Source of the DNA: a virus
Virus record (IMG/VR): IMGVR_UViG_3300049324_000053
Reading direction: 5' to 3' (one strand)
Length of the DNA stretch: 64,000 bases
Below the pieces are notes generated by a model. The model was not told the DNA's origin and did no database searches. It was given only the letters and a program-made list of their open reading frames with translations. How positions within the stretch are numbered: position 1 is the stretch's first letter; every line of letters begins with the position of its first letter. Below are positions 9,959 through 19,608 of this stretch, one piece after another. The position numbers and the translations under genes were made by a program.

Positions 9959-10111
9959 ATGGTGCTCATTCTGATCTTCCTGCTGGCGGCGCTGGTGCTG
10001 CTCGGGCTCGGTTTCACTGCGCACGTGCTGTGGGTCATCGCGGTGGTGGCGTTGGCTGTTGCCGCGGGACTGTGGACCTACGACCATCTGCGTGCTCGAC
10101 GGGGCACCTAG
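9959..10111 (+). CDS. small hydrophobic membrane protein
   Basis: Two TM helices, basic C-terminus, AAGGA RBS. Confidence 0.7.
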   Translation: MVLILIFLLAALVLLGLGFTAHVLWVIAVVALAVAAGLWTYDHLRARRGT

Positions 10112-10113
10112 CT

Positions 10114-10392
10114 GTGAGCCTGCGCCGGCGCTGGCATCGTGCTACCCCGGTAGAACTGCACACGATGCTGCGTCTGCTGCTCGCGGAGCCTGCTTTCTTG
10201 CCGTCGATCGACGAACAGCCTCCGGTTCGCTGCCTGGCTTGTGACGCCGTTCGGTATGTCAGTCCGATGGTGCTGGACAGCATCTGGTGTGGGCAGCGGT
10301 GGTTGGCATTGTGCGCCCGCTGTCAGCGTTCACTGTGGCGTGGGACGACGACACGCGGGACGACGACACACCGCGTTACTTCCCTGACGTGA
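10114..10392 (+). CDS. hypothetical zinc-finger protein
   Basis: CLAC...CARC; operon spacing. Confidence 0.5.
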   Translation: MSLRRRWHRATPVELHTMLRLLLAEPAFLPSIDEQPPVRCLACDAVRYVSPMVLDSIWCGQRWLALCARCQRSLWRGTTTRGTTTHRVTSLT

Positions 10393-10874
10393 TCATGTCC
10401 GGCTGCGATCGTGATCCTGTGACCCGGCCCGCGGAGTTGACCCGCGACGAGATCGCTCTCGTGCGCGTCGAGGCGTGGGTCGATGCCGACGGCTGGAGCC
10501 AGCATCCACGGCTGCTGTGGCTGGACGCTAGCCGCGATCATGCACATGAGATTCGGCTGTCCCCGGCATGGTGGGCCACAGACCCCGAGGTCACGCTGGC
10601 CATCGTCGTCAATGTGCTGAGGCGCCGGCAGAACCTGGTTCCTGCCGCGGATGCTTGGGTGCTGGTGTTCGAGGCGACCCGGGTGATGTGTGACGAGGAC
10701 GGCCGGGAGCATTCCGACCGGGTGCGGATGGCGGACATGGCGACTGCGGACGGCCGGCTGGTGCGCATCGTGCGCCCGCAGGCGCTGGCCGCGTTCGAGG
10801 ATGCGGTCACCTTGGTGGTGTTCGATGCGGCCGAGCCGCGGGCGCGGCTGCTGCTGGCGCTCGCGCAGCGTTAG
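10389..10874 (+). CDS. hypothetical protein
   Basis: GWSQHPRLLWL motif; GTGA overlap. Confidence 0.6.
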   Translation: MIMSGCDRDPVTRPAELTRDEIALVRVEAWVDADGWSQHPRLLWLDASRDHAHEIRLSPAWWATDPEVTLAIVVNVLRRRQNLVPAADAWVLVFEATRVMCDEDGREHSDRVRMADMATADGRLVRIVRPQALAAFEDAVTLVVFDAAEPRARLLLALAQR

Positions 10875-11215
10875 GTCGCCGGTCTGGGCATGACGAATCC
10901 GCTTGCAGCGGGTTCGGGACAGTCCTCGCACTCAAGTGCCTGGCCGGCTTCAAGCCAGACCTCCAGGTCGCAGCGATGGTGGGTGCAGATCGGGCTGTAC
11001 CGCAGATGGATGTTGTCGCAGCAGCGCACGAGAAAGCCGGCGGCCGGTTCGTCGCAGGCGTGGGCACCGTCGTTGTCGTTGATCGGCACGATGCACGGCG
11101 GTCCGACGCGTAGCAGGATTGCCCACAGCGCCTCGGGCATCCGGTCGGTTTCGGTCAGCAGGCGAACGAACGCCGGTCCGTGATCTTGATTGTCCACCAC
11201 GTGAATTGTCATCAT
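10871..11215 (-). CDS. hypothetical Cys/His-rich protein
   Basis: Multiple Cys/His pairs (CDEPA, CC, CTHH, CEDC). Confidence 0.55.
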   Translation of the reverse strand: MMTIHVVDNQDHGPAFVRLLTETDRMPEALWAILLRVGPPCIVPINDNDGAHACDEPAAGFLVRCCDNIHLRYSPICTHHRCDLEVWLEAGQALECEDCPEPAASGFVMPRPAT

Positions 11216-11587
11216 TTCAGCGTGACACCGGTGTGGGCAGCTGTGTTGATGCCGCGCGTGAGGTTCGCGGTGATGATGCAACCTGTCCGTGGAACGACTG
11301 TCGAGGACAGGTTGATTTTCTCTTCATCGTGCACATGTCATCCACATGGTCTGTGTTAAAGAACTGCTGAGAACACTTGGCTACACTGCAGGCGCCATGC
11401 AAACGTCATGCATGTCGACAGCAGAGCACCTACCTTCTGACCTGCGGTTTACCATGGCTTCATCTTGCAGGCGATACGTGGATCATCAGCGTGATGACAC
11501 GCCGGGACTGTGTATCCGGCACCCGGTGCATCTGGGCGTGGTATGCGATAAGCTCAACGCCCGACCCTCATGCAAGCAGGTGCCCGC

Positions 11588-12499
11588 ATGCCGACCACTC
11601 CACCCGACGACGCCCTGCGTCCCGTCCTGGACCGTGTCATCGCCCTGACCAACGGCAAAGGCGGTGTCGGCAAGACGTCCACCACCGCCGCCCTCGCCGT
11701 TCAGCTCGCCGAAGCCGGCCTACACGTCCTGGCCGTCGACCTCGACCCGCAAGGCGACCTTGCCGACGACCTGGGCTACATCGCGCGCAGCGACCTCGGC
11801 GAGAACCTGATGTCCGCCGTCCTGACCGGCCGGCCGCTGACCCCGCTGACCGGCGTACGCCCCGGCCTGGACGTCGTGCCCGGCGGTGCGCATCTCGAAG
11901 ACCTCGCCGACGCCCTCGCCGCGATGAACCGCCGGCGTGACACCCGGCTGGCGTTCGCGCGCAGCCTCGCCGCCACCCTCGCCGCCACCCATTACGACTT
12001 CGTGCTCGTCGACACCCCCGGCAAAGGCCCGGTCCTGCAGATGCAGGCCCTCGGCGCCGCCCGCTGGGTGCTCATCCCGTTCCGCTCGGACACCAGCAGC
12101 ATGAAGAACCTCGCCGAGGTCGCCCGCCGGTTCGAGGAGGTTGCCGACGTCAACCCCACCATCGCGGTGCTCGGCGTGTTCCTGCACGGCGTCACCGCCG
12201 GCGCGACCGCCGTCCGCCGCGACGTCTACGCCAGGATCCGGGAGTTGCTGGGCAACGGGGTGCCGATCTTGTCGTCCTGGGTGCGGTACGCCGAAGCCGC
12301 CGCCGTCGACGTGCGCGCCCGCGGCCAGGTCCCCGGGGAACTCGAACGGCTGCCCGCCGCCGGACCCTGGTACGCCCGGCTGCGTGACCCCGCACTGCCC
12401 ACCGGACCGGCCGCGAGCAGTGCCACCCTCGCCGGCGACTACCAGCACCTCGCCGAGGAGATTTTCACCCGCCTGAGCGCCGAGGAGACCACGTCTTGA
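11588..12499 (+). CDS. parA: ParA family partition ATPase
   Basis: NGKGGVGKTS deviant Walker A, VDLDPQG, YDFVLVDTP. Confidence 0.95.
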   Translation: MPTTPPDDALRPVLDRVIALTNGKGGVGKTSTTAALAVQLAEAGLHVLAVDLDPQGDLADDLGYIARSDLGENLMSAVLTGRPLTPLTGVRPGLDVVPGGAHLEDLADALAAMNRRRDTRLAFARSLAATLAATHYDFVLVDTPGKGPVLQMQALGAARWVLIPFRSDTSSMKNLAEVARRFEEVADVNPTIAVLGVFLHGVTAGATAVRRDVYARIRELLGNGVPILSSWVRYAEAAAVDVRARGQVPGELERLPAAGPWYARLRDPALPTGPAASSATLAGDYQHLAEEIFTRLSAEETTS

Positions 12500-12987
12500 G
12501 CAGCGACGACCCGCGGCCGCCGCACCCCGCTTTCGCCGCGCTCGACCCGGCGGCCCGCTCCCAGAAACTTGCCGCGCTCGCCCTCGCCCGGCCGCCGGCC
12601 GCCCCGGTGCAGGCGGTCCCCGCCTCGATCCAGCAGCCAGGCACCGCGACGCAGCTGCTGCAGGTATCGCTGTGGATCACGGCTGGTCAGCATCGGCGTA
12701 TCAGCAACGACCCTCGCGCGAACGGCGACGTCGTTCTGGACATCATCGAACAGCTGTCCGGACAGCTGGCGGACATCTTCGCGCCCCGCGACGGGGAACA
12801 CTTCACCGGTCCCCGCCGCGGGCTGGTGCGCGGCCCGTTCAGCCAGCTGTACATCCAGCTGACCCGGGAGGACCGCGACACCCTCAACCTGCTCGCCGCG
12901 CGCTACGTGCCGATGCCGTCCGGGCGCGGCAACCGGTCAGCGTTCGTGCGTGCCGTGCTCGCCGCGGCGTTTACGCGCAGCAGCTGA
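12496..12987 (+). CDS. putative centromere-binding partner (ParG-like RHH)
   Basis: Overlaps parA stop; C-terminal LYIQLTREDRDTLNLLA...NRSAFVRAVL strand-helix-helix. Confidence 0.65.
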   Translation: MSSDDPRPPHPAFAALDPAARSQKLAALALARPPAAPVQAVPASIQQPGTATQLLQVSLWITAGQHRRISNDPRANGDVVLDIIEQLSGQLADIFAPRDGEHFTGPRRGLVRGPFSQLYIQLTREDRDTLNLLAARYVPMPSGRGNRSAFVRAVLAAAFTRSS

Positions 12988-13049
12988 CAGCAGGCCGTCA
13001 ATCATTGATTCGGTAGGTCGTCGCAGGGCCTTGGTTATAGCATCACGGC

Positions 13050-13574
13050 ATGGGCAAGCCGAAACCGAATCCGGACCGTGCACTAGTTCCGGTCGTCGTG
13101 GCCAACAGGCTCGGCGTTCGCGTGAGCGTACTTGCAGGCTGGATGCGTGCAGTTGGCGCCGACGGTGATGGACCATTGCGTGAGGCGGACGTGATCAAGT
13201 GGCGCGCTGACCCGAGTTCGGCGCCTGAGTGGTTTCGTACGAACATGCAGTCGTTCTATGCCGATCGCGAATTGCGGCGGCAGGCCAGAGCTGAACGTGA
13301 CGCACGGTTGGCGGCGGAGTATCGGGATGCCGTATCCGCGGCCTACGAGGTCGTTTGCGAGCTTCTGCGGACGCGGGACCGGAAGTTGTGGCAGGGTCGA
13401 TGGCTCGAACGGCATCCGGCGCATGAACAAGCATTCCTGGAGATCGTGGTGCGCGCGATGAAGGACAGCGGCCTGGCCTTCGACGGCGAACCGGATTTTA
13501 CCTACCTCGGTATCGAGGAACGCGAAGCGCTGCGCGTGTGCGGCTACGACGTTCCGGAGCCTGCGCTGTTGTGA
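13050..13574 (+). CDS. hypothetical protein with N-terminal HTH-like segment
   Basis: VVANRLGVRVSVLAGWM; TAGCAT 6 nt before ATG. Confidence 0.6.
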   Translation: MGKPKPNPDRALVPVVVANRLGVRVSVLAGWMRAVGADGDGPLREADVIKWRADPSSAPEWFRTNMQSFYADRELRRQARAERDARLAAEYRDAVSAAYEVVCELLRTRDRKLWQGRWLERHPAHEQAFLEIVVRAMKDSGLAFDGEPDFTYLGIEEREALRVCGYDVPEPALL

Positions 13575-13810
13575 CGTGAGGCCGCACGTAGCACGCCGTC
13601 GGCCCACTGCTTGCCCTGCGCCCGCTGTTCCGGTGTCAGTGGGTCGAGGTCTTCTTCTATCAGGGCGATCGCGCGGCTCATCTGCACGATCTTGTCCCGG
13701 CGTTCCAGTTCGGCCGCCAACGCCGCGGTGGTCAACGCCGAGATGTCCAGGTGCGCGGCACGCGCCGCGGCCAGCAGTTCGTCCGGCAGACTGATGCGTA
13801 CTCGGGCCAT
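13544..13810 (-). CDS. orphan CcdA/VapB-like RHH antitoxin
   Basis: MARVRISLPDELLAAARAAHLDISALTTAALAAEL...LDPLTPEQRAQGKQWAD; no toxin adjacent. Confidence 0.75.
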   Translation of the reverse strand: MARVRISLPDELLAAARAAHLDISALTTAALAAELERRDKIVQMSRAIALIEEDLDPLTPEQRAQGKQWADGVLRAASRHNSAGSGTS

Positions 13811-13843
13811 GAGCGTCAGTCTGCCGGACGGGGTGCGTGGATG

Positions 13844-14731
13844 TCAGCTGGTCGTCGGGTCCATGAACCGGGCGTACTCGCCCTGGAAGACGACGGGGAT
13901 GGTGCCGGTTTTCCCGTTGGGGTTCTTGGCCACGATCAGCTCCGCTTCCGTGATCTGCGGGTCGTCCGGGTGTCCTTGTTCCCGGTGGAGCAGGATGACG
14001 ATGTCGGCCTGTCGTTCGCTGGCATTGGACTCGTATAGGTCGGCCATTGTCGGGCGCTTTTCCGTCGCCGGTTCCTGGGGGTGTTCCAGTTGCGTGGTCG
14101 CCACGATCGTTACGTTCAGCTCCATCGCCAGCAGTTTGAGCGCCCGGCTGATGTCGGCGATCTCCAGATGGCGCGACTCGGAGTCCGGCGAGTCAAGCAG
14201 CTCCAGCCGGTCGATCACGATCAGAGCCAGTCCCGGATCGAAGTTCAGGCGGCAGGCTATCGCCCGGATCTGGGCGACAGTCGGGAATGGCGACCCGTCG
14301 ACGAAAAGCGGCGTGGTTTTCAGTTTCTCCAGCACCGGCGTGAGTCGTGCCCAGCCTTCGTCGCTGACGCATCTGTTACGTAGCTGCACCACCGGGACGC
14401 CGGCCTCAGCTGCAAGCAGCCGTTGTACGACGGCTGCATGGCTCATCTCTGGTGTAGCGAACAGTGTCGACACTTGATGCTTCATCGTGGTGTTGCGGGC
14501 GAAGCTCAGCGCGAGAGCTGATTTGCCGGCGGAAGCCCGCGAGCCTATGACAACGAGCTGGCCGGGGCGCAGTCCTCCGTCGGTGAGTTCGTCGAGCGCT
14601 GCGATCCCGGTCGGCAGGACAGCCGGCCGCGTACGGTCGGTTCGTTCTGCCGCCAGTCTGATCATGGTCTCTTGTAGTGCGGTGCTGATGTGGATGGGGT
14701 CTTTGCCGGGCGAAGCCTCGCTGGTCTCCAT
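13844..14731 (-). CDS. DnaB-like helicase, C-terminal domain only, arginine finger lost
   Basis: PTGIAALDELTDGGLRPGQLVVIGSRASAGKS; IDRLEL; KNPNG in place of KHRNG. Confidence 0.9.
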   Translation of the reverse strand: METSEASPGKDPIHISTALQETMIRLAAERTDRTRPAVLPTGIAALDELTDGGLRPGQLVVIGSRASAGKSALALSFARNTTMKHQVSTLFATPEMSHAAVVQRLLAAEAGVPVVQLRNRCVSDEGWARLTPVLEKLKTTPLFVDGSPFPTVAQIRAIACRLNFDPGLALIVIDRLELLDSPDSESRHLEIADISRALKLLAMELNVTIVATTQLEHPQEPATEKRPTMADLYESNASERQADIVILLHREQGHPDDPQITEAELIVAKNPNGKTGTIPVVFQGEYARFMDPTTS

Positions 14732-14779
14732 GGTCGTGACACGTTTCCTTCTTCGTGGTCGTTCGACGCGTACTGGTTG

Positions 14780-15835
14780 TTATCGGCCTTCGGAGGCGTG
14801 CTCCGTCGGCAGCTGGATGAATCGGCTGTAGTCATCCTGATAGAGCAGCGGCACGACACCGACAGGGCCGTTGCGGTGCTTCTCCAGGATCAGATCGACC
14901 TCGCCTGCCTGAAAGCCCTGTGGGTCGTAGGCCGCATCCCGGTGCAGCATGAGGACCATGTCGGCATCCTGCTCAAGGGTTCCGGACTCGCGCAGGTCCG
15001 ACAGCATCGGCCGGTCGCCCTTGCGCCGCTTGAGGTTGCGGTTGATCTGGGAGACGACGACCAGCGGCACATCCAGTTCTTTCGCCAGGTGTTTTAGTGA
15101 CCGGTGGGTGAGGGCGACGTCCTGATGGTGCTGGTCGGTGCGCTGAGCGTGCCGTAGCAGCTGCAGGTAGTCCACGATGACCAGCGACAGGCCGCGCTGT
15201 TGCTGCAGCCGTAGGGCTTTACTTCGCAGCTTGGCGACGGACAGGTAGGACGAGTCGTCGATGAGTAGTGGAACCGATTCCAGGGCGTCAAGATGACGGG
15301 TGAGGCGGATCCATTCCTCGTCGGACAGGTTGGGCTTCTTGTGGCGCATCTCCGGCAGGGGAATGCTTGCTTCGGCGGCCAGCACTCGTGTGGTGATCTC
15401 CGATTGGCTCGTTTCCAAGCTGAACAGTGCCGTCGTCTGGCCCTGCGCGATGGCAGCATGGCGGGCGAAGTCCAATGCCAGGGAGAACTTCGGAATGGTT
15501 CGTGGTCCTGCTATCACGATCAGCTGTTGCGCCCGTAGGCCGCCGCCGGTCAACCAGTCCAGCCCAGGGATGCCGGTCATCACCTGATCTGTCCGCTTGA
15601 CACCGTTCTGCTGGGCCCTGATCGCCTCTAACGTGGCTTGTACGCTTTCTCCGGCATGCACAAGGTTGCGCGTTGCGTGCGTTGCGGCGGTTGTCGAATA
15701 CATCACCGTCTGCCCGGGGGCAGCCGAGTCGTCCTCGTCGGTGGCGCGGGTGTAGCCGTACTGAGCCAGGTCCAGGCCGGCGGCCCGAGCCGCGCGCAGC
15801 AGTTCGGTCGGAAGCGTGATCCTCATCGGGCGCAT
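14780..15835 (-). CDS. DnaB-like helicase C-terminal domain with broken Walker A and an N-terminal antitoxin-like RHH fragment
   Basis: AGPRTIPKFS in place of ARPxxGKS; DYLQL, SQINR, LRESGTLEQDAD, KHRNG intact. Confidence 0.9.
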   Translation of the reverse strand: MRPMRITLPTELLRAARAAGLDLAQYGYTRATDEDDSAAPGQTVMYSTTAATHATRNLVHAGESVQATLEAIRAQQNGVKRTDQVMTGIPGLDWLTGGGLRAQQLIVIAGPRTIPKFSLALDFARHAAIAQGQTTALFSLETSQSEITTRVLAAEASIPLPEMRHKKPNLSDEEWIRLTRHLDALESVPLLIDDSSYLSVAKLRSKALRLQQQRGLSLVIVDYLQLLRHAQRTDQHHQDVALTHRSLKHLAKELDVPLVVVSQINRNLKRRKGDRPMLSDLRESGTLEQDADMVLMLHRDAAYDPQGFQAGEVDLILEKHRNGPVGVVPLLYQDDYSRFIQLPTEHASEGR

Positions 15836-15857
15836 GAGCGAAGTATGCCGATCGTTG

Positions 15858-17210
15858 TCAGTGGGCTGCTAGGTCCATGAACCGGCTGTAATGGCCCTGG
15901 AACGCGACGGAGATGACGCCGGTGGGTCCGTTGCGGTGTTTGGCCACGATCAGGTCGGCCTCACCTGCGCGGGGGCTTTCCGGCTCGTACATGTCCTCGC
16001 GATGCATCAGGATGATCACGTCGGCGTCCTGTTCGATGGCACCTGACTCACGCAGGTCCGACAGCATCGGCTTCTTGTCCGCCCGCGACTCCGGGTTGCG
16101 GTTCAGCTGCGAGAGCGCCACGACTGGTACATGCAGTTCCTTGGCCAGCAGCTTCAGCGACCGGCTCATCTCGGCGACCTCCTGCTGGCGTGATTCGGTG
16201 CGTTTGGTTGAGTTCAGCAGCTGCAGGTAGTCCACCACGATCAGCGCCAGATCGTTCTTCTGCCGCAGCCGGCGGGTCTTGGCCCGGATTTCGGTGATGG
16301 TCAGGTACGGCGAGTCGTCGACGAACAGCGGCGCCGCGGTCAGGTTCCCGTATTGCAAAGCGAGTCTGTCCCAGTCCTCGTCTTGCATCTTGCCGGCACG
16401 CAGTCGCTGCAGCTGGACGCGCGCCTCCGCGGACAGCAACCGGGTGGTGATCTCTGAACGGCTCATCTCCAGGCTGAACAGTGCAGCAGCTTTCCCGTGA
16501 CGCAGCGTGGAGTTGCGTACGAAGTCCAGCCCGAGGGTGGATTTGCCGACTGCGGGACGCGCCGCGATGATGATCAGTTGCCCGGGGTGCAAGCCATTGG
16601 TGAGGTTGTCCAGGTCCGTGAAGCCTGTGGGCACCCCATGGGCCTTGCCGTCTTCCTTTTGGCGTGCCTCGATCTCCTCGATGGTGGGCTGGATCAGATC
16701 ACTGAGACGGACGACGTCCTGGTTCATCTGCTGCTCGGCGACGTCGAACACCGCCGCCTGCGCCGCGTCCACCATGTGATCAATGTCTGGTGATGGTGCG
16801 TAGCCGAGCTGCACGATGCGGGTGCCGGCCTCGATGACGCGCCGTGCGATGGCCTTCTCGGACACGATCTGGGCGTAGTACCCGGCGTTCGCCGCGGTCG
16901 GTACCGAGTTGATCAGCGTGTGCAGGTAGGGCAGGTCGCCGGCGCGGACGAGCTGGTCCTGGCGTACCAGCTCTGCTCCCACGGTGACGACGTCGGTGGG
17001 GATGTTGTCGGTGAACAACCGCACGATCGTGTCGAACACGATCGCGTGCCGTGGCAGGTAGAAATCGGCGCCGCGCAGCACCTCGACGACGTCGGCGATG
17101 GCGTCGGTGCTCAGCAGCATTCCGCCCAGAACGCCCTGTTCAGCGGCCTCGTCGTGCGGCGGGGTCCGGTCGAACGTGCGGTTCGCGCCGTTCATGTTCC
17201 CGTCGGTCAT
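15858..17210 (-). CDS. dnaB: replicative DNA helicase, full length
   Basis: PPHDEAAEQGVLG N-domain; AARPAVGKS, FSLEMS, DYLQL, SQLNR, LRESGAIEQDAD, KHRNG. Confidence 0.97.
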   Translation of the reverse strand: MTDGNMNGANRTFDRTPPHDEAAEQGVLGGMLLSTDAIADVVEVLRGADFYLPRHAIVFDTIVRLFTDNIPTDVVTVGAELVRQDQLVRAGDLPYLHTLINSVPTAANAGYYAQIVSEKAIARRVIEAGTRIVQLGYAPSPDIDHMVDAAQAAVFDVAEQQMNQDVVRLSDLIQPTIEEIEARQKEDGKAHGVPTGFTDLDNLTNGLHPGQLIIIAARPAVGKSTLGLDFVRNSTLRHGKAAALFSLEMSRSEITTRLLSAEARVQLQRLRAGKMQDEDWDRLALQYGNLTAAPLFVDDSPYLTITEIRAKTRRLRQKNDLALIVVDYLQLLNSTKRTESRQQEVAEMSRSLKLLAKELHVPVVALSQLNRNPESRADKKPMLSDLRESGAIEQDADVIILMHREDMYEPESPRAGEADLIVAKHRNGPTGVISVAFQGHYSRFMDLAAH

Positions 17211-17690
17211 CCATGCTCCCTTGCTGGTGCCAGGAGCGACAGCCTACGGGCCGCGAAGGAAGCACCGGGAGCAGACGGGGCGGGCGTCATTGTCCAGCCA
17301 AGGCTCGCCGTCGGACGTATCGGCAGGGTCTCCGCATGTCGCGCAGCGGTCCGCCGGAGGGCTCGGATCCGGGGGGGTGCTCATGGCTTCGAGTGTGCCG
17401 TACCGGCGTGTCCACGGTGGGGGTACTGCGCGACGGCGGCAGGATGCGCTAGGGTCGTCGATCAGGCCACCTGGCCTGAGAAATAAATGAAGACCCAGCA
17501 TCGACGCCAATCTGCGCTGGGCCTTCATACGAACTTCGAGCTGAGAGCACTCTACATGCCATCTTCTGGGCTGTGCAACTCGCCGGGCGCATCGCGCCGC
17601 GAGTCCTCATCTCGTTCACCTGCCGTCGCGGGCGTTAACGATGTCGTAACCGACATGGCGCCTACCGCAGGTGCATTGATCATGACAATA

Positions 17691-17732
17691 GAAGAAGCCC
17701 CCGCAGCTTCGCCGGCCAGTGGGGGCTTCTTC
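17691..17732. promoter_or_regulatory. strong hairpin in the leader upstream of the rep-like gene
   Basis: GAAGAAGCCCCC-N18-GGGGGCTTCTTC perfect 12-bp inverted repeat. Confidence 0.6.
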
Positions 17733-17796
17733 TTCCAACCGAACCCACGAGACACACGAAGGACCGAAAATCTGACCGTGTGTCACGAAGGACCGA

Positions 17797-19608
17797 ATGA
17801 GCATCAGCTTAGCTTCTACGCAGCCCCCTGACCATCACTATGGTGTGGCGTCCGTCACTGAACAAGTGCGATGGTTCGCCACTGATCTGAACATTCGGAA
17901 CGCGGCTCGTGACGCATTGTGCGGACATGGTCGCATCGGGTCATTCGCTGACTGTGTCCTGGAACGGATGCGTCTGCTCGTCGACTGGCGTGAACCGCTG
18001 GCCATGGTGCCCGGCGCGCCGTCGGGCACCGACCCCACCGGCGGGCACAGCATCCATTCACGCGCTCAGCTGCTCGGCGTGCGTCATGAGCATCTGGCCC
18101 GGGTCGAAGCGCTGCTCGTCGCACACCAGCTGGCCCTGTACGACACCGACGGCAGCCTGCGGATCGCGGCCTGGAAGCTCGCCGGCCGCCAGTCGGCCAA
18201 CAAGCACCGTTACGGCCATGTGCGGACCACGCAGTCGACCTACGACAAGTGGTGGCAGGCGCTGCTGGACGCCGGCCTGCCATCCTTCGTGCGGTATCTG
18301 GTCTTCGGTGCGCTCGCCGCCCTGGAACGTGATCCGGCGTTGACCGGCGACGACGGTGAACTGCTGTGCGATGTGATCTCCACGGCCGAGCAGCTACGGA
18401 TACCGCGCAGCACCTGGGCGCGCTGGCTGGTGCTGCTCGTCAAGCATGGGGTGCTGATGCGGATGGGGCGCGGCCGGTACCGGCTGGTGTTCGACGCGGC
18501 GGTGCGCCGGCGGCCGGCCTTCCTGCTGGTCACGACGCCATCGGTGTCGTCGCTCGTCGAGGCGGCCGACGACGAGGCGGCCGACCCAGCTGGCGAGACG
18601 GCTGACGAACCGGCCGACGACCCGGCCGGCGACCCGGACCGAACGCTCGTTGAGGCGCCGCGAACTCTCACCGGCGGAACACGATCAAGCTTCCAGGGGG
18701 GTGACGAGAGCGTTTGGGCTCTCACCGGCGCAGAATCGCACCGCTCTGACCTGCGGGTTCGCGGCCCTGTAGAAGCAAAAGAATCTTTAAAGGAAGAAGC
18801 TAAAGCTGCACAGCTACGAGCAAGCTCAGGCTTCTTCCTCGATCACTTCAAAGAGCCGGCCGGGCGGCGGGTGCGGGCGCTGCTGGAGATCCTCATGAGC
18901 GTTCGTCTCGACCTGGCGCCAAGGATGACCGATTCGTTCCCGTTGCGCCGGGCGCTGGGCGACGTCATCGCCGCCGGTGACGAGCTGAACTACCCCGACT
19001 GGCGGGTCTGCCGCGACGTCAAGGAGCACTGGATTTACTCCGCGGACACCGTCGGTGGCGTGGTCTACGCCATGAAGGCGCTGGCCAAGGACTACCAGCA
19101 GCTACGCGACCGCAAGCAGGCCGCGGCGGCACGCCGCCGGCTGCTCGATGCCGACCAGGTGCCTTCAGCTTCGCCGAAGCCGACCGCCGAGCAGCTGGCG
19201 GCCGCCGATGCCGCGCTGGCCGCCAAGGCGGACGCCAACGAGGCCGCTGTTGGCGCTCAACAGGCCCAGGCTGCGCGAGAACGGGCTGCTCAGGCGCAGG
19301 CGTTGGCTGCGCGGGAGGCAGATCCGAATTCGTCGTTCAACATGATCAGGGCTGCCGGCGCCGCGGCGAGGCGGCAGGACGAGCGTCGTACGGCGGTGTT
19401 CGCTGCGCTGCGCGCCGCCGAGCAGAACCAACTGGCGAGGCGACTGGTGCCGGGCGAGTCGCGGGGCCCGGCGTGGAAGCCGTTGCCGGAGAGGGTGGCG
19501 AGGTTGGTGCTGGCCGAACTGGACAAGCGTTGCGGTGCGGATGCGCCGGCCGCGCGGTTGATCGCGTGCGCCAGGACGGTGCTCGGTGGGGAGAGTGCGG
19601 TCGCATAA
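17797..19608 (+). CDS. putative replication initiator (winged-helix Rep)
   Basis: Divergent from dnaB; wHTH IPRSTWARWLVLLVKHGVL; acidic linker whose DNA has repeats and an A-rich tract. Confidence 0.6.
   Translation: MSISLASTQPPDHHYGVASVTEQVRWFATDLNIRNAARDALCGHGRIGSFADCVLERMRLLVDWREPLAMVPGAPSGTDPTGGHSIHSRAQLLGVRHEHLARVEALLVAHQLALYDTDGSLRIAAWKLAGRQSANKHRYGHVRTTQSTYDKWWQALLDAGLPSFVRYLVFGALAALERDPALTGDDGELLCDVISTAEQLRIPRSTWARWLVLLVKHGVLMRMGRGRYRLVFDAAVRRRPAFLLVTTPSVSSLVEAADDEAADPAGETADEPADDPAGDPDRTLVEAPRTLTGGTRSSFQGGDESVWALTGAESHRSDLRVRGPVEAKESLKEEAKAAQLRASSGFFLDHFKEPAGRRVRALLEILMSVRLDLAPRMTDSFPLRRALGDVIAAGDELNYPDWRVCRDVKEHWIYSADTVGGVVYAMKALAKDYQQLRDRKQAAAARRRLLDADQVPSASPKPTAEQLAAADAALAAKADANEAAVGAQQAQAARERAAQAQALAAREADPNSSFNMIRAAGAAARRQDERRTAVFAALRAAEQNQLARRLVPGESRGPAWKPLPERVARLVLAELDKRCGADAPAARLIACARTVLGGESAVA
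18665..18810. promoter_or_regulatory. candidate replication origin inside rep (iteron-like repeats + A-rich tract)
   Basis: CTCTCACCGGCG at 18665 and 18719, CTCTGACCTGCG at 18744, then GAAGCAAAAGAATCTTTAAAGGAAGAAGCTAAAG. Confidence 0.4.
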
